Origin: the human T2T-CHM13v2.0 reference genome, Homo sapiens
Direction: 5' to 3' (one strand)
Assembly (NCBI RefSeq): GCF_009914755.1
Contig: NC_060944.1
DNA: 64,000 nt
Part shown: positions 60,470 through 64,000 of the stretch, one piece after another
Position numbering within the stretch: the first letter of the stretch is position 1
Layout of the letters: every line of letters begins with the position of its first letter
Position numbers and translations under genes: made by a program
The notes under the pieces: generated by a model
Told to the model about the DNA's origin: nothing
What the model saw: only the letters and a program-made list of their open reading frames with translations
Databases searched by the model: none

Positions 60470-64000
<3,531 letters not shown>

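Overview
Primate (very probably human) genomic DNA, not microbial. The window holds the 5' end of TASP1 (Taspase 1, threonine aspartase 1) on the minus strand. It includes the CpG-island promoter (~41.9-42.6 kb), non-coding exon 1 and coding exons 2-4, which splice to the first 94 aa (MTMEKGMSSG...AALVELE); the long intron 4 runs off the left edge. The rest is mostly interspersed repeat: about 45 Alus, L1PA/L1M, L2, MaLR/ERV1 LTRs and hAT MERs. Nearly all ORFs in the supplied track are repeat-derived or chance. Four observations deserve follow-up. (1) A back-spliced exon 2-4 circle (356 nt) would carry a 119-aa ORF whose stop overlaps its own start (ATGA), and it is bracketed by two inverted Alus of the same uncommon subtype. 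(2) Intron 4 has a 24-nt in-frame microexon that can also read through to a full poly(A) site. (3) A ~9-kb transposon-poor tract of intron 4 holds further candidate micro/poison exons. (4) Exon 2 has three upstream ATGs. These are sequence-based hypotheses, and I found no clear evidence of a wholly new system. Repeat boundaries and subfamily names were called by eye and are approximate.
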